64,000 bases of DNA from Callorhinchus milii (GCF_018977255.1 NW_024704742.1:9302001-9366000), one strand, 5' to 3'. Shown: positions 1-13,668, counted from the first letter of the stretch. The notes: generated from the sequence alone by a model not told the origin. A program made the numbers and translations.

Positions 1-521
1 TAGGGGGGAGAAGGGAGGGGAGGGGAAGGGGGGTGACCAATGGCATAGTCGAAGAGGAGGGTTTTGAGGCAGGATTTGAAGGAGTCTAAGGACGGGGCAA
101 GGGTGAGTGATTGGGGGATGGAGTTCCAGAGGTTGGGGGCACAGTGGCTGAAGGCTTTCCTGCCAATGGTGGGGCGGGTGAGTCGGGGGACGTGGAGTAG
201 GCCAGAGCCGGCTGAGCGGAGGGAGCGGGTGGGTTGGTAGGGGGTTAGGAAGTCACAGAGATAGGGTGGGGCGAGGCCATGGAGGGCTTTGTATGTGAGG
301 ACCAGAAGTTTGAACTGGAACCTCTGAAGGATAGGGAGCCAATGGGGTCGGGCAAGAATGGGGAGATGGGGTCACAGAGTTTGGTGTGGGAGAGGACACG
401 GGCTGCAGAGTACTGGATTATCTGCAGCCTGTGGAGGGAGGAGTTGGGAAGGCCGACAAGCAGGGCGTTTGCATAGTCGAGCCTGGAGGTGAGGAAGGCA
501 TGAACCAGAGTTTCAGCGGCC
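1..521 (-). mobile_element. L2 LINE fragment (ORF2 C-terminus and 3' UTR), runs off the window start
   Basis: Translates to [22 protein letters not shown]...LQIIQYSAARVL, typical of L2 ORF2 after the RT domain; closely similar to the copies at 37248 and 51115. Confidence 0.93.
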
Positions 522-565
522 ATCAACTTACTGAGAGATGTGTGCTGCAACAAAGTGGTTATTGT

Positions 566-913
566 TATAATAATAATAATAAAAATCCTTGCATTTGGAT
601 ATAGTGCCTTATCAAGTTTTGAGACGTCGGAAAGCACTTCACAGAACACACTGTAAAGTGAATTAACTGTATATTTTGTGGGCGAAATGCAGCAGCCAAT
701 TGAGCATAGCAGTGTCCCACAAATTTTTAAAGAAATTATTACCCCAGCAAAAGCAATCTGCCAATCGACTAACAACTGGGTTCCTACTTACTGCTAGGTA
801 AACAGAGACTTGTGGAGTAAGGAAACTTACCCAACATTTCGCCCTACCTGGGAATCAAACACAGGTCTCTCGCTTTCGACGCGAGTGCTCTAACCACTAA
901 GCTACAGGAGTCC
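566..913 (-). mobile_element. Young tRNA-Ala-derived SINE (long subfamily, internal deletion)
   Basis: Reverse complement has A/B-box head, TTGGGTAAGTTTCCTTACTCCAC body and AATGCAAGG(ATT)n tail. Confidence 0.9.
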
Positions 914-1771
914 ACATTGTTGCCAGGTTAAATTAACATAAGGAATACTTGAAAAAAATCACAAACGTTACTCCTATAATTATTATGGAATTGTACCTTA
1001 TTAGGTTATAAGGCTGACAGAAACATGGGTCACTGCCAACTGGACATTGTTCTGCCAGGAATCCCTGTATACTGGAGAATACTAGCAGTTAATAATACAA
1101 TCTATCTTGTATCTTACTTCTAAGAATGACCCCCACATTCCTTGATATTACAGAGATAGCCTATGCTATCCAGCATGTATTGACTTTGCCTACAATCATT
1201 TTTTCTGCTTTGATTAATTTTGATAATAATTTTAGCAAACTATTTAATATTGTGGGTGTGAAGTTAATTCTGTATTGGTCATAAAATATACAGCCAATTC
1301 ACTTTACAATGTATTCTGTGAAGCACTTTGAGATGTCTCGAAGACGTGATAAGGCGCTATATCAAATGCAAGGATTCTTCCTATTATTATTATTGCTGGA
1401 TTAGCATTCATTTCAGTCGCTGTGTTGCTTCCCGACCAACACATCCATCAACCTTCAGGAGACGAATGAGAAACGTGAAGCTGAGAAAAATATGTAACAA
1501 TCCAGTTAGCTCAAGTCCTATTTGTGCTTTTCTTTGTGGCATTCTACTATATTTTGCTATAAGCTACTTAGTTCCAGAAATGAGAAGTATTTTTCAAATG
1601 TCAGCAAATCTTTTACAAAATCTCTTAACGCCACTTTTTCCATTCTGAAATGAGGGACTTTGTGTATCCTGATTGTTCATGTTCGAGTGACTAAATAAAG
1701 TAGGCATTGATTGCGTAAGTTTAAAATGTTCCTTTGGTGGAACAAGTACCGAGGCAGCCTTTCTCTTGTCT

Positions 1772-2046
1772 CACATTGGCGGGCGGGCCTTCAGCCTCTC
1801 TGTCCTCACCATCTGGAACTCCATCCCACAGCCACTCCGCCTCGTCCCTTCCCTTGCCTCCTTCAACACCTGTCTCAAGTACCCCTTCTTCAACCTTCGG
1901 TTACCCTCCCACTACCCTCCCCGCCCTCTACCCCTCTTGATCCCAACCACCAGCTCAGGTGCGAATCTCTGACTGTTCAGCACCTTGGGACGTCCTCCTG
2001 ATGTGAAAGGTGGTATACAAATGTCATTTATTGTTGTTGTTGTTGT
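1772..2046 (+). mobile_element. L2 LINE 3' end
   Basis: IGGRAFS..TIWNSIPQ ORF2 end, C-rich UTR, GGGACGTCCTCCTGATGTGAAAGG stem-loop, (TTG)n tail. Confidence 0.9.
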
Positions 2047-2759
2047 AGGACATGCAGAAAGAACATGCCTGTTGAACACCTTTCAGCCTGATCTTGATCT
2101 ATCTTATGCTGATAACCAAAACCAGCATTCTTTTCAATGTGTTTATAACAGGAGTTGGATTTCTGCATATGTAAAGGCTTTGTGAAAAGTTGGCAATTCT
2201 CAGCGATAAACGTAAGTAAGTCTGCGTAACAATTCAAGAAGGGGCACCATTAAGACATTAGAATCATAGAATTATGCAGCACAGAAGGAGGCCAATCGGC
2301 CCATCGTGCCCATGAAAGAGCTACCCAAATTAATCCCACTCCCCCACTCTCTCCCCGCATTATACCCCGTGGTATTAGAAGCTGATTAAAGGCATTTTGG
2401 TCCTTCCTCCTACACACTTTCTTACATAAACACCATCAGCAGAAGAGCATGCAGATATAGGCTAACATTACACTGTGTGCTGTGTACTAATTTACAACTC
2501 AATATTTCTTGTTGACTGTATTGCTGTGTGTCACGCAATTTTATAATCTGTCACGACTCAGCAATATTTACACATAAACAGCAGTCAGAGTAGAAAAGGG
2601 AAAAAAAAACTTAGACCGATGGTGGAAATATCTAAGCATATATAATTTTATTAAACTATTAATCCAGTACTCTACCGCGCATGAAGAGCGCTATATAAAT
2701 GCAAGTTGTTGTTGTAATCATTTTATGCTAGAGGATGTTAAACTTCAGTTGTTACACCC

Positions 2760-2958
2760 CACCACCACTCCCCGAACCTCCGTCTTGGCCCCTCTTTTTC
2801 TACTTTAACTACCATCTCAAAATCTACCTCTTCGAACATGCCTATGGCCACCTCCTCCTTTCCATCTCCCCCTTTCCCTTGCTTGGCATCCCACCCCGTC
2901 TTTGTAAAATACCCTAAGCTCTTACCCTCGATGAAGGTACTACATATATGCAAGTTGT
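2760..2958 (+). mobile_element. Old L2 3' fragment
   Basis: Degenerate LKIYLFEHAYG end and ATGCAAGTTGTT tail. Confidence 0.6.
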
Positions 2959-3612
2959 TCTAAACTATTTTACTAAAACCGATGGCAAGGGTTAAAATCT
3001 TTGAAATGACAGCTCCACCACACAAGCACATTTAGAAGGTTGGAATGTTTTGCCAGCTAACAGGATAAGCTTCACCCCACCTCTCTCCTCAAATACTCAA
3101 CCATGAGTATTTGTTTAATTTAATGTTCTTCATGATGTTACAATAACCAGATGTTGCTTTTTACGATTAGATTTGAGAAGAATCCTATATCTGATCCAGG
3201 TTGTACCTTGGGTGAGAGTATTTATGGCTGTCAGGTGTGAAGCAGATAAAAGGCTTGTGCTTCCACTTATGGCCTCTTAACTTGATGGTGTCACAATTGT
3301 CCAATCTCACCCTCCACATGGGATTAATCGGCTCACGTTCTCCCACTACAAATTTCAGGGCTCACGCCTCTCACCAGAAAACTAATTTGTTTCTGAATGT
3401 TTCTTGTTAGATTGACTTATTCTGACATGTTTAGAAATCTTGTACGTTGGATTATCCACGGATCTTGCTTGTCAAGTTACTGCAACACACCAATGTGATG
3501 CAGGGAATCAGTAGGCAAGGTTTGTGAATTCACACATTACTTTTAGGTGATGTATCTAATTGTTGGGTAATTTCCCAGTGAGGTGACTCTGCGATTGTGT
3601 ACAATGGGTTAT

Positions 3613-3980
3613 CATCCTGTAGCTCAGTGGTTGGAGCACTCACCTTGCAAGCAAGAGGACCTGGGTTTGATTCCCAGTAGGGCGAAAAGTTGGCCAAGTT
3701 TCCTAACTCCACACACCTCGGTTTACCGAACAGTTAGTAGGAACTTGGTTCTTAGTCGATTGGTGGTTGCTTTTCTGGGGGTAATAATCCTTCAAAAAAA
3801 ATAATAATTTGGACACCAATCCACGACTGTTTGTGGGATACTGCTGTGCGCAATTGGCTGTTGAGTTTTGCCCACAAAATATGCAGTCAATTCACTTTAC
3901 AGTATATTCTGCGAAGAGTTTTAAAAGATTTGAGGATGTGATAAGATGCTATATCAAATGCAATGATTATTATTATTATT
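3613..3980 (+). mobile_element. Young tRNA-Ala-derived SINE, full length
   Basis: TAGCTCAGTGG A-box, GGTTTGATTCC B-box, family body, (ATT)n tail. Confidence 0.92.
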
Positions 3981-4149
3981 ATCTCTGTCTCCTCGTGTTC
4001 TTGTTCTCTCTGGTGAAGCACATGTGTGACATGATTCCCTCGAAAGGGGGGAGAGAACATGACATGTTCTCCCTCAAAGGGTTGGGCTCCCAAAACAATG
4101 TGGTCCCAGGTCTGACTGTACCACTTTGTACCATTTGTAGTTACACCAC

Positions 4150-4390
4150 CTGGACCTCAAGTAAGGCAGAGGGATGAGGGTGGAGGAGGAGGAGACCAGA
4201 GGAGCATTTAAAGAGGTAGGACTTGAGGTGAAATTTAAAGGTAGAAGCAGAGAGGAGACAGAATAGTAGAGGGAGGGAGTTTCAGAGGTTTGGTCACTGA
4301 TAGTGCCTAGGGAGGGTAGGAGCCCACAGCAAGCCCGAGTTAGCTGAGTGCCGGAGGCAAATGGAGGAGTAAATTAGAGAGGATTAGAAA
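4150..4390 (-). mobile_element. Old L2 3' fragment
   Basis: Purine-rich reverse match to the L2 ORF2 end (GGAGTTTCAGAGG). Confidence 0.55.
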
Positions 4391-4609
4391 GAGGATCACC
4401 TTATTCAGTGTGGAAACTAAATTAAGTGTAAACAACAACATGTTGTAAAGTGTAGCACTAATATATTTTGACAATTACATTAGAACTTACTGTCACATTT
4501 AAAAGTATATTAAGATATTATAATTTTCTAACAGCACTATGGTACTTCACCACAAAGTAAATCAATCTTGAATTACAATTTGTGAATTATACTGATGTGC
4601 ATATAATCT

Positions 4610-4800
4610 TCGAGACTCTCTCCCTCAATCCCTCCGCCTTGCCCCCTCCCTCCCTACCCACTTTCAAATCCTGCCTAAAGATCTTCCTTTTTGATCGTGC
4701 TTATGGTCATCCTCTCGCCCTGGTAGACTCTGCCACTGTGAAGTGCTCTGGGACGCTATCCCACGTGAAGGGAGCTATATAAATGCAAGTGGTTGTTGTT
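4610..4800 (+). mobile_element. L2 3' end (second tail variant)
   Basis: FKSCLKIFLFDRAYG followed by GGGACGCTATCCCACGTGAAGGG and a (GTT)n tail. Confidence 0.8.
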
Positions 4801-5369
4801 GAAATAGTATTTGCGATAAGTTATTGTGAAGAAGATCCAATTAGTACATATGAAAGATCACATATGAATTTGGTGAAGTACTTTCAGTTCTGAGCAAATG
4901 CATCTTTATTGGAAAATGATGAAAAAGTAATTGAAAATCAATAGAAAGTGCCATCTATTTGCATGAGCATTGATGATCCTTTTGTATATTTATCCTTTAG
5001 TTCTCTCAGGTATCTGCATGCCACTGCTCAGATTAGAACTACTTGATGTGTGAAATGCAAACCAGACAATGGGAATTATTGTAGCTTTATATCATTGTCT
5101 GGATGGGCCAAATGTAAGCATTATTATATCATTATTCTCAATAAAGTTTGGGCAATAAGCAAAGGCATTTTCCACAACTTCGATTTTTTTAAAAGCCACT
5201 TTTTTTTAACTTAAGAGCTAAGATAAGTTCTAATCATGTATGGGTCCTATATCCTATACAATGGTTTGCTTAACATTTTGAAAGGGCTGTTTTAGTGAAG
5301 TCATTGAATTCATTTAGCAGAGTGGGGGTTAAAACAGGTGCATGAATGTCATTTGAAACACCTCCTGTG

Positions 5370-5752
5370 ATAATAGTAACAATAATAATCCTTGCATTTG
5401 ATAAAGCGCCTTACCATGTCTTTGAGACGTCTCAAAGCGCTTCACAGAATATACTGTAAAGTGAATTGACTGTATATTTTGTGGGTGAAACGTGGCAGCC
5501 AATTGGGTACAGCAGTGTCCCACAAACAGCCATGGATTGAGGGACCAAATTATTATTATTATTTTTTTTGAAGGAATTATTGCACCCGAAAACATGATTC
5601 GCCAATCGACTAAACAACTGGGTTCCTACTTACTGTTGGTAAACAGAGGCGTGTGGAGTAAGGAAACTTGCCCAACATTTTGCCCTACCTGAAATGACCC
5701 AAGTCATCTCGCTTGCAAGGCGAGCGCTCTAACCACTGAGCTTCAGGACTCC
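5370..5752 (-). mobile_element. Young tRNA-Ala-derived SINE, full length
   Basis: Matches the family from head to (ATT)n tail. Confidence 0.92.
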
Positions 5753-6295
5753 TGGTAAAGTTTCTGCTACAATTTGAAGACAGATAGAGAGGGGGTGAGG
5801 CAGAGGGGTGCAGAGAGGGATTTCAGGAGGCTAGCACTGTAGTTTGTTGAAGGCCCAGCCACTATGATGTTCTCAAGTAGTGCCTTGGCACTAGTCCATG
5901 AGCACAGTAATATTGAAGCAGTAAATATTTAGTGCTATGAACAGTTAAATCACTTGACTGCATCAGGCAGTGCCGTTTTATCACAGATGCACGCGAAACA
6001 CCCACTCGCCCTGGAAATGGCACAGATTTTCACAAACAATAATCTGGCTCCGTTTGCACAGCGATCCAGCCAGCCTTTGGAAACTGTGGACAAGTTTATG
6101 TTAAAGAGTTCTGTTATTTATGACAAACTTTCTGAAGGCATGATTTCTCAATGATATTGCAAAAAAAAGTCTTTAAGAACTTCACTGTTTTCCTTAAGAA
6201 GGCAGCTGTGTTCTATCAGACATACTGGGTTTCAATCCTTGAATCTAGCTCATTAGGATCTAAAGGTTTAATAGCTTTTGTGCCTGTACGTTACA

Positions 6296-6715
6296 CTACT
6301 ACAACAACAACTTACCCTTATATAGTGCCTTCCACACAGGATAGCGTCTCAGAGCGCTTGACAATGGCGGAGCCTAACTCGGAGCCGGGGGGAGGGGGCC
6401 GTAAGCACGGTCGAAGAGGAAGATTTTCAGGCAGGACTTGAAAAAGGGGAGCGAGGGGGCAAGGCGGAGGGATTGAGGGAGAGTGTTCCAGAGTTTCAGG
6501 ATGTAGTGGTTGAAAGTGTGACCTCCGATGGTGGGGCAGAGGATGTGAGGGGCGAGCAGGAGGCTGATGCCAATCGAGCGGTGGCGTCAGGTGTTGGATT
6601 GGGGGTGAAGAGCTTGGAGAGGTAGGGAAGTGCCAGAGAGTGAAGGGATTTGAACATGAGTATGAGGATCTTGAAGTCAATTCGTTCGGTGATGGGGAGC
6701 CAGTCGAGCCTGACA
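6296..6715 (-). mobile_element. L2 LINE 3' fragment (older, second tail variant)
   Basis: Reverse strand shows a WLP..RIDFKILIL-like ORF2 end and a (TTG)n tail. Confidence 0.85.
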
Positions 6716-6867
6716 TGACAACTTATATTGCAAGAGACTTATCTAAAACGATAATTTGTGAGTTGGATCTTTTGTTATAAATCCAGGACTCCAACAAGAA
6801 AAACTAGCCACCAACCTGGGACAAGTCTTCTGATGAGAAGCAATGTCTTGGGAAAAGGGGTATTGCA

Positions 6868-7608
6868 AAACAAATGACAAATGAGATTTGTAAAGTGCCT
6901 TTCACATCAGGAAAATGTCCCAAGTGCTGGACAGTCAGGGGTTTGGCCTAGGGAGCGGACATGTTGGTAGGGGGTTAGCAGGTCACAGAGGTAGGGATGG
7001 GCAAGGTTGTGGAGGGCCTTGAAGTTGAGGATTTTGAACTCTATTGTTTGGGGGATGGGGAGCCAGTGGATCCAGGCAAGGGTGGGGGTGATAAGGTCAC
7101 GGAGCCTGGTGTGAGAGAGGGCACAAGCTGCAGATTTCTGGATGATCTGCAGTTTGTGGAGGGAAAAGTGGGGAGGTCGACAAGCAGGGAGTTGGCGTAG
7201 TCGAACCTAGATGTGATGAATGTGTGGATGAGGATTTCAGCAGACTGAGGGCAGAGTCAGTGGCGGAGCCGGGCAATGTTATGGAGGTGGGGAAAGGCAG
7301 AGCGGGACATGGCACGGATGTGGGGTAGAAAGGACAGTTGAGGATCAAACAAGACGCCAAGGTTCCGGACTGGCTTAGAAAGGTGGAGTGTGTAACCATG
7401 GATGGTGATGCTGTCAGCGCCTGATGTGTGGAAGAACTGACGGGAGACAATCTGGAGGGCCTCGGTCTTGTTGTCGTTCAACTGTAGAAAGTTAGCTCTC
7501 ATCCAGGACTTGATGTCTGACAGACATTCTGTCAGGACAGCAGTGGACCTGGAGTCGAGGGTGGAGACAGAGGGATAGTGTTGGGTGTCATCCGCATACA
7601 TGTGGAAC
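6868..7608 (-). mobile_element. L2 LINE, 5'-truncated at the RT YADD motif, internally deleted
   Basis: MYADDTQHY...WMRANFLQLNDNKTEAL...[14 protein letters not shown], with frameshifts. Confidence 0.93.
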
Positions 7609-9734
7609 TAATCTGCCATTGCCTCTAATCTGTCATTCTCTGCTGTCGTTTCTTAGATAAATGTCCACATATTCTGAAAGTGCTTCAGCTGTTAAAACAA
7701 GAGATAACGAAACAGAAATAATAATCACAGTGCATTGAATTCTGTGCACACCCTCCCCACCCCCGCCCACACTTCAGTCCTTTGCATTCCAGATATTAGA
7801 CTTAAGGCGCACTTCTATAATTTAGTTTCCATTCATATTTCAATTTTTCTCCTTAACACGAGAAATCTCAACACCTTTTTCTCACTGATCTGACAATTCT
7901 TTCCTCTCCTGCTGATCCCAGGGTTCAAGATGAAAAATGAGCAGATGGAAACCATGTGCCAGTTGGAAAGGCGATGGTTCAATATAGGATTGACTGAAGT
8001 TTCACTCAGAGTCCCTTACAGGGGATTCAGTTGGTAGTACATCACAGCTGAGTCCCCACAGAAGTGTATCATAGCAGAGATTCCACAGTTGGTTGTGGCA
8101 CGTGGCCTGTTCCCAACAGGATCCCCCCATTGCTGAGTCACTATTAGTGAATCCTTTATTGAACCACTGCTTCATTGACCCCACTATTACCCCTGTGAAG
8201 TGCTTTGAGACGTCTCGAAGACGTGATAAGGCGCTGTATCAAATGCAAAGAGTGTCATGACTATAAAGGCAAAGCACTTCACAGGATGTACTGCAGAGTG
8301 TTGTGACTATAAAGGCAGCCAAGTTGCGACATCAATGTCTCGTAAACAGCCATGAAGTGACTGTCCAATGGGAGATTATTGGGCAGAACACAGGGAGAAA
8401 CTCCCTTCTCCGTGGCTGTTTGTGGGACGCTGCTGTATTTTGCCCCAAACAATTTACAGTCAAACCACTTTATGATGTATCCTGCAAAATGCTTTGAGAC
8501 AACCTCCTGACATGAAAGGCGCTATATCAAATGTACGGGTTATTTATTCATTATATATTGATGGTGGAGTTAGGATATTTTATTTGACAGTATTTCATTT
8601 AACAGGATTACACATCAGTGCAAAGTGTGAATTTCATTCTATACAATGCAATCCAGGGTATGCAATGCTTACAGGTTATTTTCCCTTTGTAACAGGGTTC
8701 AGAAAAGAGCAAGCAAGCACTGCTGCCTCTGTTTTGCTGTCTGTACGTAACATTGCACAGCAAAGACCTGCTCCCAAATAGGTGAAGTCGGCAATAAAAT
8801 GAAAGAAGCAGATCCTAAGTGAGTGATTAGAACTTCTTGTCCAGCAGATTTCCTGTCTGATAATGAGATGTTATTTCAAGCCCTCATTATCTGGTAAAGC
8901 GAGGCTGTGTAAGTGACTCCTGGCGGCTTTTTGATGGGCAGTGGTCACGCGCTCTCTGTTCCCTTGCCACAAAAGCCTATTTTGAGGCTTGTGTGGGAGG
9001 CGTGGGCTTTGATGAACAGTGCTCCTCGGTGTCTGAAAACTCGCATTCTTATTCAAACGCACTTTTCCTGTATGTATTGCTGAACAATGGCCTTTACTTC
9101 ATTCACGGCGTGGAAGCTGGCAAATTTGCAGCATAGAAGAAGGCCGTTCAGCCCATTGTCTCTGCGCTGACTTTCTGAAAGAGCCACTTCTGTTTTGAGG
9201 CAGTGCAGTGCACAGATTCTATTAGGATAGGAAAGAGCGCTCACTCGCACTTATTAAAGAATCCTGTTAGGAAATACCACACAGTAACCTAACACAGTAA
9301 CCTCAGTAACATTTTTTTCCAGGTATTCACGGTTAAATTGACTTTGAAAGGAAATATTTCAAAGTAAGGAATAGATGGGATTCTAGCTCCAGGCTCATAC
9401 ACAGTGTTATATGATGGTATTATCCATGATTATGGGTTGTCAGGGCTTCTTATAGAAGCCCAATGTGCTACTCCAATGAACCAATTGCTCCAATAAGAAA
9501 ACATTAGTAATTCTAGCTGGGCTCATCAGTAATATGTCCTATAACCACAAAGACATTAATCCATCTCTTGTAGCAAGATCTCTTACAACAAGCTTATTAG
9601 CTGATAACGAGGCATAAACAGATACTACTGAGTTGCTTAGCACTAGACCTGTTCTGTGACAATATTGTAAAATCATGTAAAATTGACCCAGTTGACTACA
9701 TCTGCTCAGCAGACCTCAGCACAAGAATTTATTG

Positions 9735-9953
9735 ACTCTGGAACTCCATCCCACAGTCACTCCGACCTCGCTCCCTCCCTTGCCTTCTTCAAGACTCATC
9801 TCAAGACCCTCCTCTTCGACCGTGCTTTCGGTAACCCTCCTACCCCTCCTGATCCCAACCCACCTCGGGTGCAGATCTCTGACTGTTCAGCTCCCTTGGG
9901 ACGTCCTCCCGATTTGAAAGGCGCTATACAAATGTAATCTGTTGTTGTTGTTG
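9735..9953 (+). mobile_element. L2 3' end
   Basis: FKTHLKTLLFDRAFG, stem-loop tail, (TTG)n. Confidence 0.88.
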
Positions 9954-10145
9954 CCCCTTGTTTCATTTTCCTGGAATGTGTGCAGAAATCCTTCGGTGTC
10001 TTTAAGAGTCTCCAGTTCAAATTGCCGATAACTCTATAAATCAGAGGGCTTTTCTTTGCCAGTTATGGAGTGTATAAGCTCTCTTCCCCCCTCCCCACCC
10101 CCTTCTACCCTACAAAGAACACAGGAGCAGTTTTCCAAATGCAAA

Positions 10146-10460
10146 GCCTGATGATGTAGTGGATAGGGCTGCAGCTTACAGACCAGGAGCACCCCGGTTC
10201 GAATCCTGGTCTCTCAGCTGGGATTTTATGGGAAGGCTGAATTGACACTGGCCTTCCGAAGGCCAATTGGAAGGAATCTCTTCCCTCAATGAGTCTGGAA
10301 GCTGTAACTTTTGCCACTATTATTCCCAGGTCACTGATGACCTGAGACATCTCAGAGCAGGGGCTGGACATCCACAGATAGCAATATACAGCTCTGGAAA
10401 TTGTCGCTAGAGCGGTGAAGGAGACATCTGCACAATGCCAGCAGCTCACAGCGCTGCCAA
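10146..10460 (+). mobile_element. Third, unrelated tRNA-headed SINE-like element (3' limit uncertain)
   Basis: A-box-like TGATGTAGTGG and perfect B-box GGTTCGAATCC at 10196-10206; body unlike the other two SINE families. Confidence 0.5.
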
Positions 10461-10461
10461 A

Positions 10462-10790
10462 AATAATAATAATCCGCACATTTGATATAGTGTCAGCACA
10501 TTTTATATAGTGTCTCTAACTTCGAGAATGTTTCAAAAAGCGAAAGAATCTTTCTGTAGCATATAGTAAGTATACTATCTAAGTGAATGTAGCAGTCAAT
10601 TTTCGCACAATAATAATGTTCCATAAACAGCCGTAAAGCGAATTAACTTTTTTTTGGGTGGAGGATTGTTGGCCAGGACACCAGAAGAAACACCCTTCTC
10701 TTTTTGAACAGTGCCATGGAATCTTCCCATCCTTCTGAACAGGATTAACATCTCATCTGAAGCAGCTTCTATTGCACCACAAAGTGTCAG
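10462..10790 (-). mobile_element. Deu-domain SINE, 3' part
   Basis: Reverse strand has CCATGGCACTGTTCAAAAAGAGAAGGG..GGTGTCCTGGCCAA. Confidence 0.75.
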
Positions 10791-11344
10791 AAGAATTTTG
10801 CAATGATGCTGGATTACTTTATTGCTGTAAGCAGTATTTTTATTGGACATTTTATGGAGACTGACTCTGCTTGAGTGATTGCCCCCTTTAAACAGACAAT
10901 GCACATGTGCTGTGCATTGGTTTAAAGTGGAACTGTATATCCAGTCTGTATCAATAGGAATCCATGGCGTGCAGGTAACTGAATGCTGGGTGAATCCAAT
11001 CTAATCTTGCCACTTTCAATACAATACTGAAGTGAACTTCCATCCTCGACCTAGTTAGCAGCTGAATTACTTTACACTGAGCTGGTCCTTGTGTAGAAAT
11101 AGAAGGCAGGCAGTCACAGAGGTTCAGAATACAGGGCTCTGATTTAGTTTGAGGTTTTCATTCAGACTCGATTAATTGACAGTTCTGATTGAGAATTCTC
11201 TGCAGCATACTCAGTTACTGGGTGTGCTTTCAGGAGATATTTACGTGAGAGCTGAAAGGACCAGCAAAACAAATCTGTGACTCTCAGAAATGAGTCACAC
11301 TGTTCCTGGATTAGCAAAGTCATAATCCTTTGATTATGTTTCTC

Positions 11345-12035
11345 ATAAAATCACAAGATTTGTTCAGACAAAGAAGGCCTTTCGGCCCGTTTGATCTCAT
11401 ACTTCCAGAATACCCACCCTGCAAACCACTCATCACAATGTAAAAATGGGTGTGTTTTTTTTAAATGAGTCCAGTGTCCTGGCCTCAACCACCTTTCCTG
11501 GCAATCTGTTCTCTTTCGCCAAATATATCTGACATAATTCCTTCAAATGAAATAAAAATAATTTAGTCACTCAACCATGACTGTTTGTGGCACACTGCTT
11601 GTGCGCAATTGGCTGCTGTGTTTCGCCCACAAAATATACAGTCAATTCACTTTAGCGTATATCTTGTGAAGCGCTTTGAGATGTCTCAACCCTATATCAA
11701 ATGCAAGGATTATTATTTTTATAATTGTGTTTAGTGTTCCAGTCTGTTCTATTCATTAATTATTTTCGGGGTAAAGAAAACCTTCATGGTGTCTGTCCTG
11801 AAATTGTGCTTTGAAACTGTAAACATATGTCCTTTTGTTCTGCTGTCTCGGGGTATCCAATTGTATTGTTCTGGTCATAATTATTTAAATTGCCATTTAA
11901 AGTCCCATTTCAAGACGAAAGAGCCCTAACTTATCTAATCACTGTCCATAGCTCAGTCCTCTGGGGATCAGCCACATTGCTCTCCTCTGCACTGCCTTTA
12001 GGGACAATGCAGTACTCTAGGTCCAACCTGACATA
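11345..12035 (-). mobile_element. Old CR1 3' fragments interrupted by a plus-strand SINE 3' half (about 11555-11722)
   Basis: CR1-like AAGGCCTTTCGGCCC end and TTGCTCTCCTCTGCAC ORF2 remnant. Confidence 0.6.
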
Positions 12036-12514
12036 AGGTAGAGTTGATCAGAATAATCTTCCCATGTCCAAATACTTGCTCCATGAAAGGTGTGTGTCGC
12101 TCATTATTTAAAATGAACTTGCTTTACAGTTGTCATACCTATGCCTATCGATAAGTCTGAAACAGAGTTTATGTATATTCTAGCTATCGTTTTATCTAGT
12201 TTTGTTTCATCTCACCCACTTTTAAAAATTGTCTTATTTCCTCCAAGTTCTTTTGTGTCTCAATCCAAAGTACCCTGTGAAGAACTGTTGGTGATTCACC
12301 AGCCTGACTGACTCAATTATTGGGCTCAGAGGGATAGACATGCCACAGAGATATCTCTGTTGAAGTGTTCCCCAATGCGAAAGGAGCTATACAATTGCAA
12401 GTTAGTGCTGCAATTCAGCTACTGTTAACTCTACAAACAATGGCCTTGATAGTAGGGTGATTCACAATATCGCAAGATTGGTCTGGATGAAGAAGACCCT
12501 TCAAACTATTCAAT

Positions 12515-12880
12515 CTAATTGAGATCTTTAAAATTATGAAAGGTTTTGACTGGGTAGACATAGCGAATATTTCCACTTGTGAGTGAGACTAAAACCAGGG
12601 ACAATCAATATAAAAGAGTCACCAATAGATCAAATAGGGAAATCAGAAGAAACTTCTTTAACAAGAGAGTAGTGGGAATGTGGAACCTGCTACCACAAGG
12701 AGTAGTTGAGGCGAAGAGCATAGATGCATTTAAGGGGAAGCTAGAGAGGTACATGAGGGAAAAAGGAATAGAAGGTTATGCTGATAGGCTTAGTTGAGGG
12801 AAGGCAGGAGGAGGCTCATGTGGAGCATAAACACCAGCCTAGACCAATTGGGCTGAATGGCCTGTTTTTGTGCTGTATAG
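12515..12880 (+). mobile_element. CR1 LINE 3' end
   Basis: RRNFFNKRVVGMWNLLPQGVVEAKSIDAFKGKLERYM, CR1 ORF2 C-terminus; GGGCTGAATGGCCTGT tail. Confidence 0.92.
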
Positions 12881-12884
12881 AATA

Positions 12885-13095
12885 CCAACCCTACCATCCC
12901 TTTATCACAACATCAAGTTGCTTTTTAAATGAGTCCAGTGGCCTGACCTGTACCACATTTCCTCGCAAGCTGTTCCAGTCATTGATTACCCTCTGAGTAA
13001 AGGAAAACTTCCTTGTTTCTGTTCTGAAGTTGCCCTTTACAATTCTAACCTCATATCCTCTTATTCTGCTGTCTTGATGTATCCTAAAGTATTGA
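12885..13095 (-). mobile_element. Old CR1 fragment
   Basis: Reverse strand FSFTQRVINDWNSL-like motif. Confidence 0.65.
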
Positions 13096-13210
13096 TCTAT
13101 TCAAACAGGATAAGCAGCAGGACACTTACCAGTGTCTCATACTGATTTGTTGAATTGTTTTACCTGGGTCAATTCCAGCATACAATAATAATCTTTGCAT
13201 TTGATATAGC

Positions 13211-13668
13211 TCCCAAGCTGAGGGTTGGGGTGGGGGAGGGTGGGGAGCATGGTGGGAAGCAGGGAGATCGAAAGCACGGTTGAAGAGGAGGTGTCTTGAG
13301 GTAGGACTTGAAGGTGGCGAGGGAGGGGCGAGACAGAGGGACTGTGGGATGTAGTTCCAGAGGGTGGGGGCAGAGTGGTGGAAAGCCCGCCCGCCGATAG
13401 TGGGGCGAGCAAGGTGGGGGACGTGAAGCAGACTGGAGCCCACTAAGCGGAGGGATTGAACAGGGTGGTAGGGGCTTAGGAGGTTGGAGAAGTAGGGGGG
13501 AGCAAGACCATGGAGGGCTTTGAAGGTGATGACCAGGATCTTGAACTGTGTGATGGGAAGCCAGTGGAGTTGGGCAAGGATGGGGGTGATAACGTTGTGA
13601 AGCCTAGTGCGGGAGAGGACAGGGGCTGAAGAGTTCTGGATGATCTGCAGCCTGTGGAGCGAGGAGTT
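13211..13668 (-). mobile_element. L2 3' fragment embedded between a SINE head and a SINE tail
   Basis: [36 protein letters not shown]. Confidence 0.9.

Noticed and set aside
1976..1996. REST/RE1 site in the L2 3' UTR (TTCAGCACC, also at 62165)
   Set aside because: Left half-site only; the right half GGACAG is absent
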